Positions 38,371 to 38,592 of a stretch of DNA of 38,592 nt are shown here, piece after piece. Position 1 is the stretch's first letter. Every line of letters starts with the position of its first letter. The stretch comes from Sphaeroforma arctica JP610 (lineage: Eukaryota), in the NCBI RefSeq assembly GCF_001186125.1, contig NW_014040446.1:56262-94853 (forward strand). The letters run 5' to 3'. A program made the translations under genes and the position numbers. Under the pieces are notes generated by a model, which saw only the letters and a list, made by a program, of their open reading frames with translations, made no database searches and had not been told where the DNA came from.

Positions 38371-38592
38371 CACAAGCCATACTTACAAGTGGCAGACTGT
38401 ATATACACGCCATATGAGAGCACAAGCCATACTTACAAGTGGCAGACTGTATATACACGCCATACGAGAGCACAAGCCATACTTACAAGTGGCAGACTGT
38501 ATATACACGCCATATGAGAACTCAAGCCATACCTACAAGTCACAGACTGTATATACACGCCATATGAGAACTCAAGCCATACCTACATGTCA
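38371..38592 (+). repeat. 50-bp tandem repeat x4.4, continuing past window end
   Basis: CACAAGCCATACTTACAAGTGGCAGACTGTATATACACGCCATATGAGAG, near-perfect copies with no spacers. Confidence 0.97.

Noticed and set aside
38371..38592. CRISPR-like array
   Set aside because: Head-to-tail 50-bp units without unique spacers, no cas genes, eukaryotic context.

Overview
Intron-rich eukaryotic genomic DNA; the organism cannot be determined from the sequence alone. Positions 1-5461 (+) hold a decayed Ty3/Gypsy LTR retrotransposon with the order gag Zn-knuckle, protease, RT, RNase H, a DNA N6-adenine methyltransferase (Dam-like) domain, DDE integrase and a chromodomain-like tail. Two related LTRs follow (5462-6127 and 7039-7784, both TGTAA...TTACA) around a gag-like remnant. 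The second LTR carries a ~98-nt segment, absent from the first, that folds like a degenerate type I hammerhead ribozyme. A decayed Ngaro/DIRS-type tyrosine-recombinase retroelement lies on the minus strand (~7785-11000). Two host genes are transcribed divergently: a multi-exon RMC1/Mic1 (C18orf8) orthologue (minus, 14651-24268) and an 8-exon histidine phosphatase (PGM family) with a ubiquitin-like N-terminus (plus, 25398-32208). The right end has an assembly gap, unassignable coding-like remnants and several minisatellites. The most notable observations are the methyltransferase inside a Gypsy pol, the ribozyme-like LTR insert, and a duplicated 55-nt RMC1 coding segment with synonymous-biased divergence. 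All domain calls come from motif recognition by eye; no searches were run.
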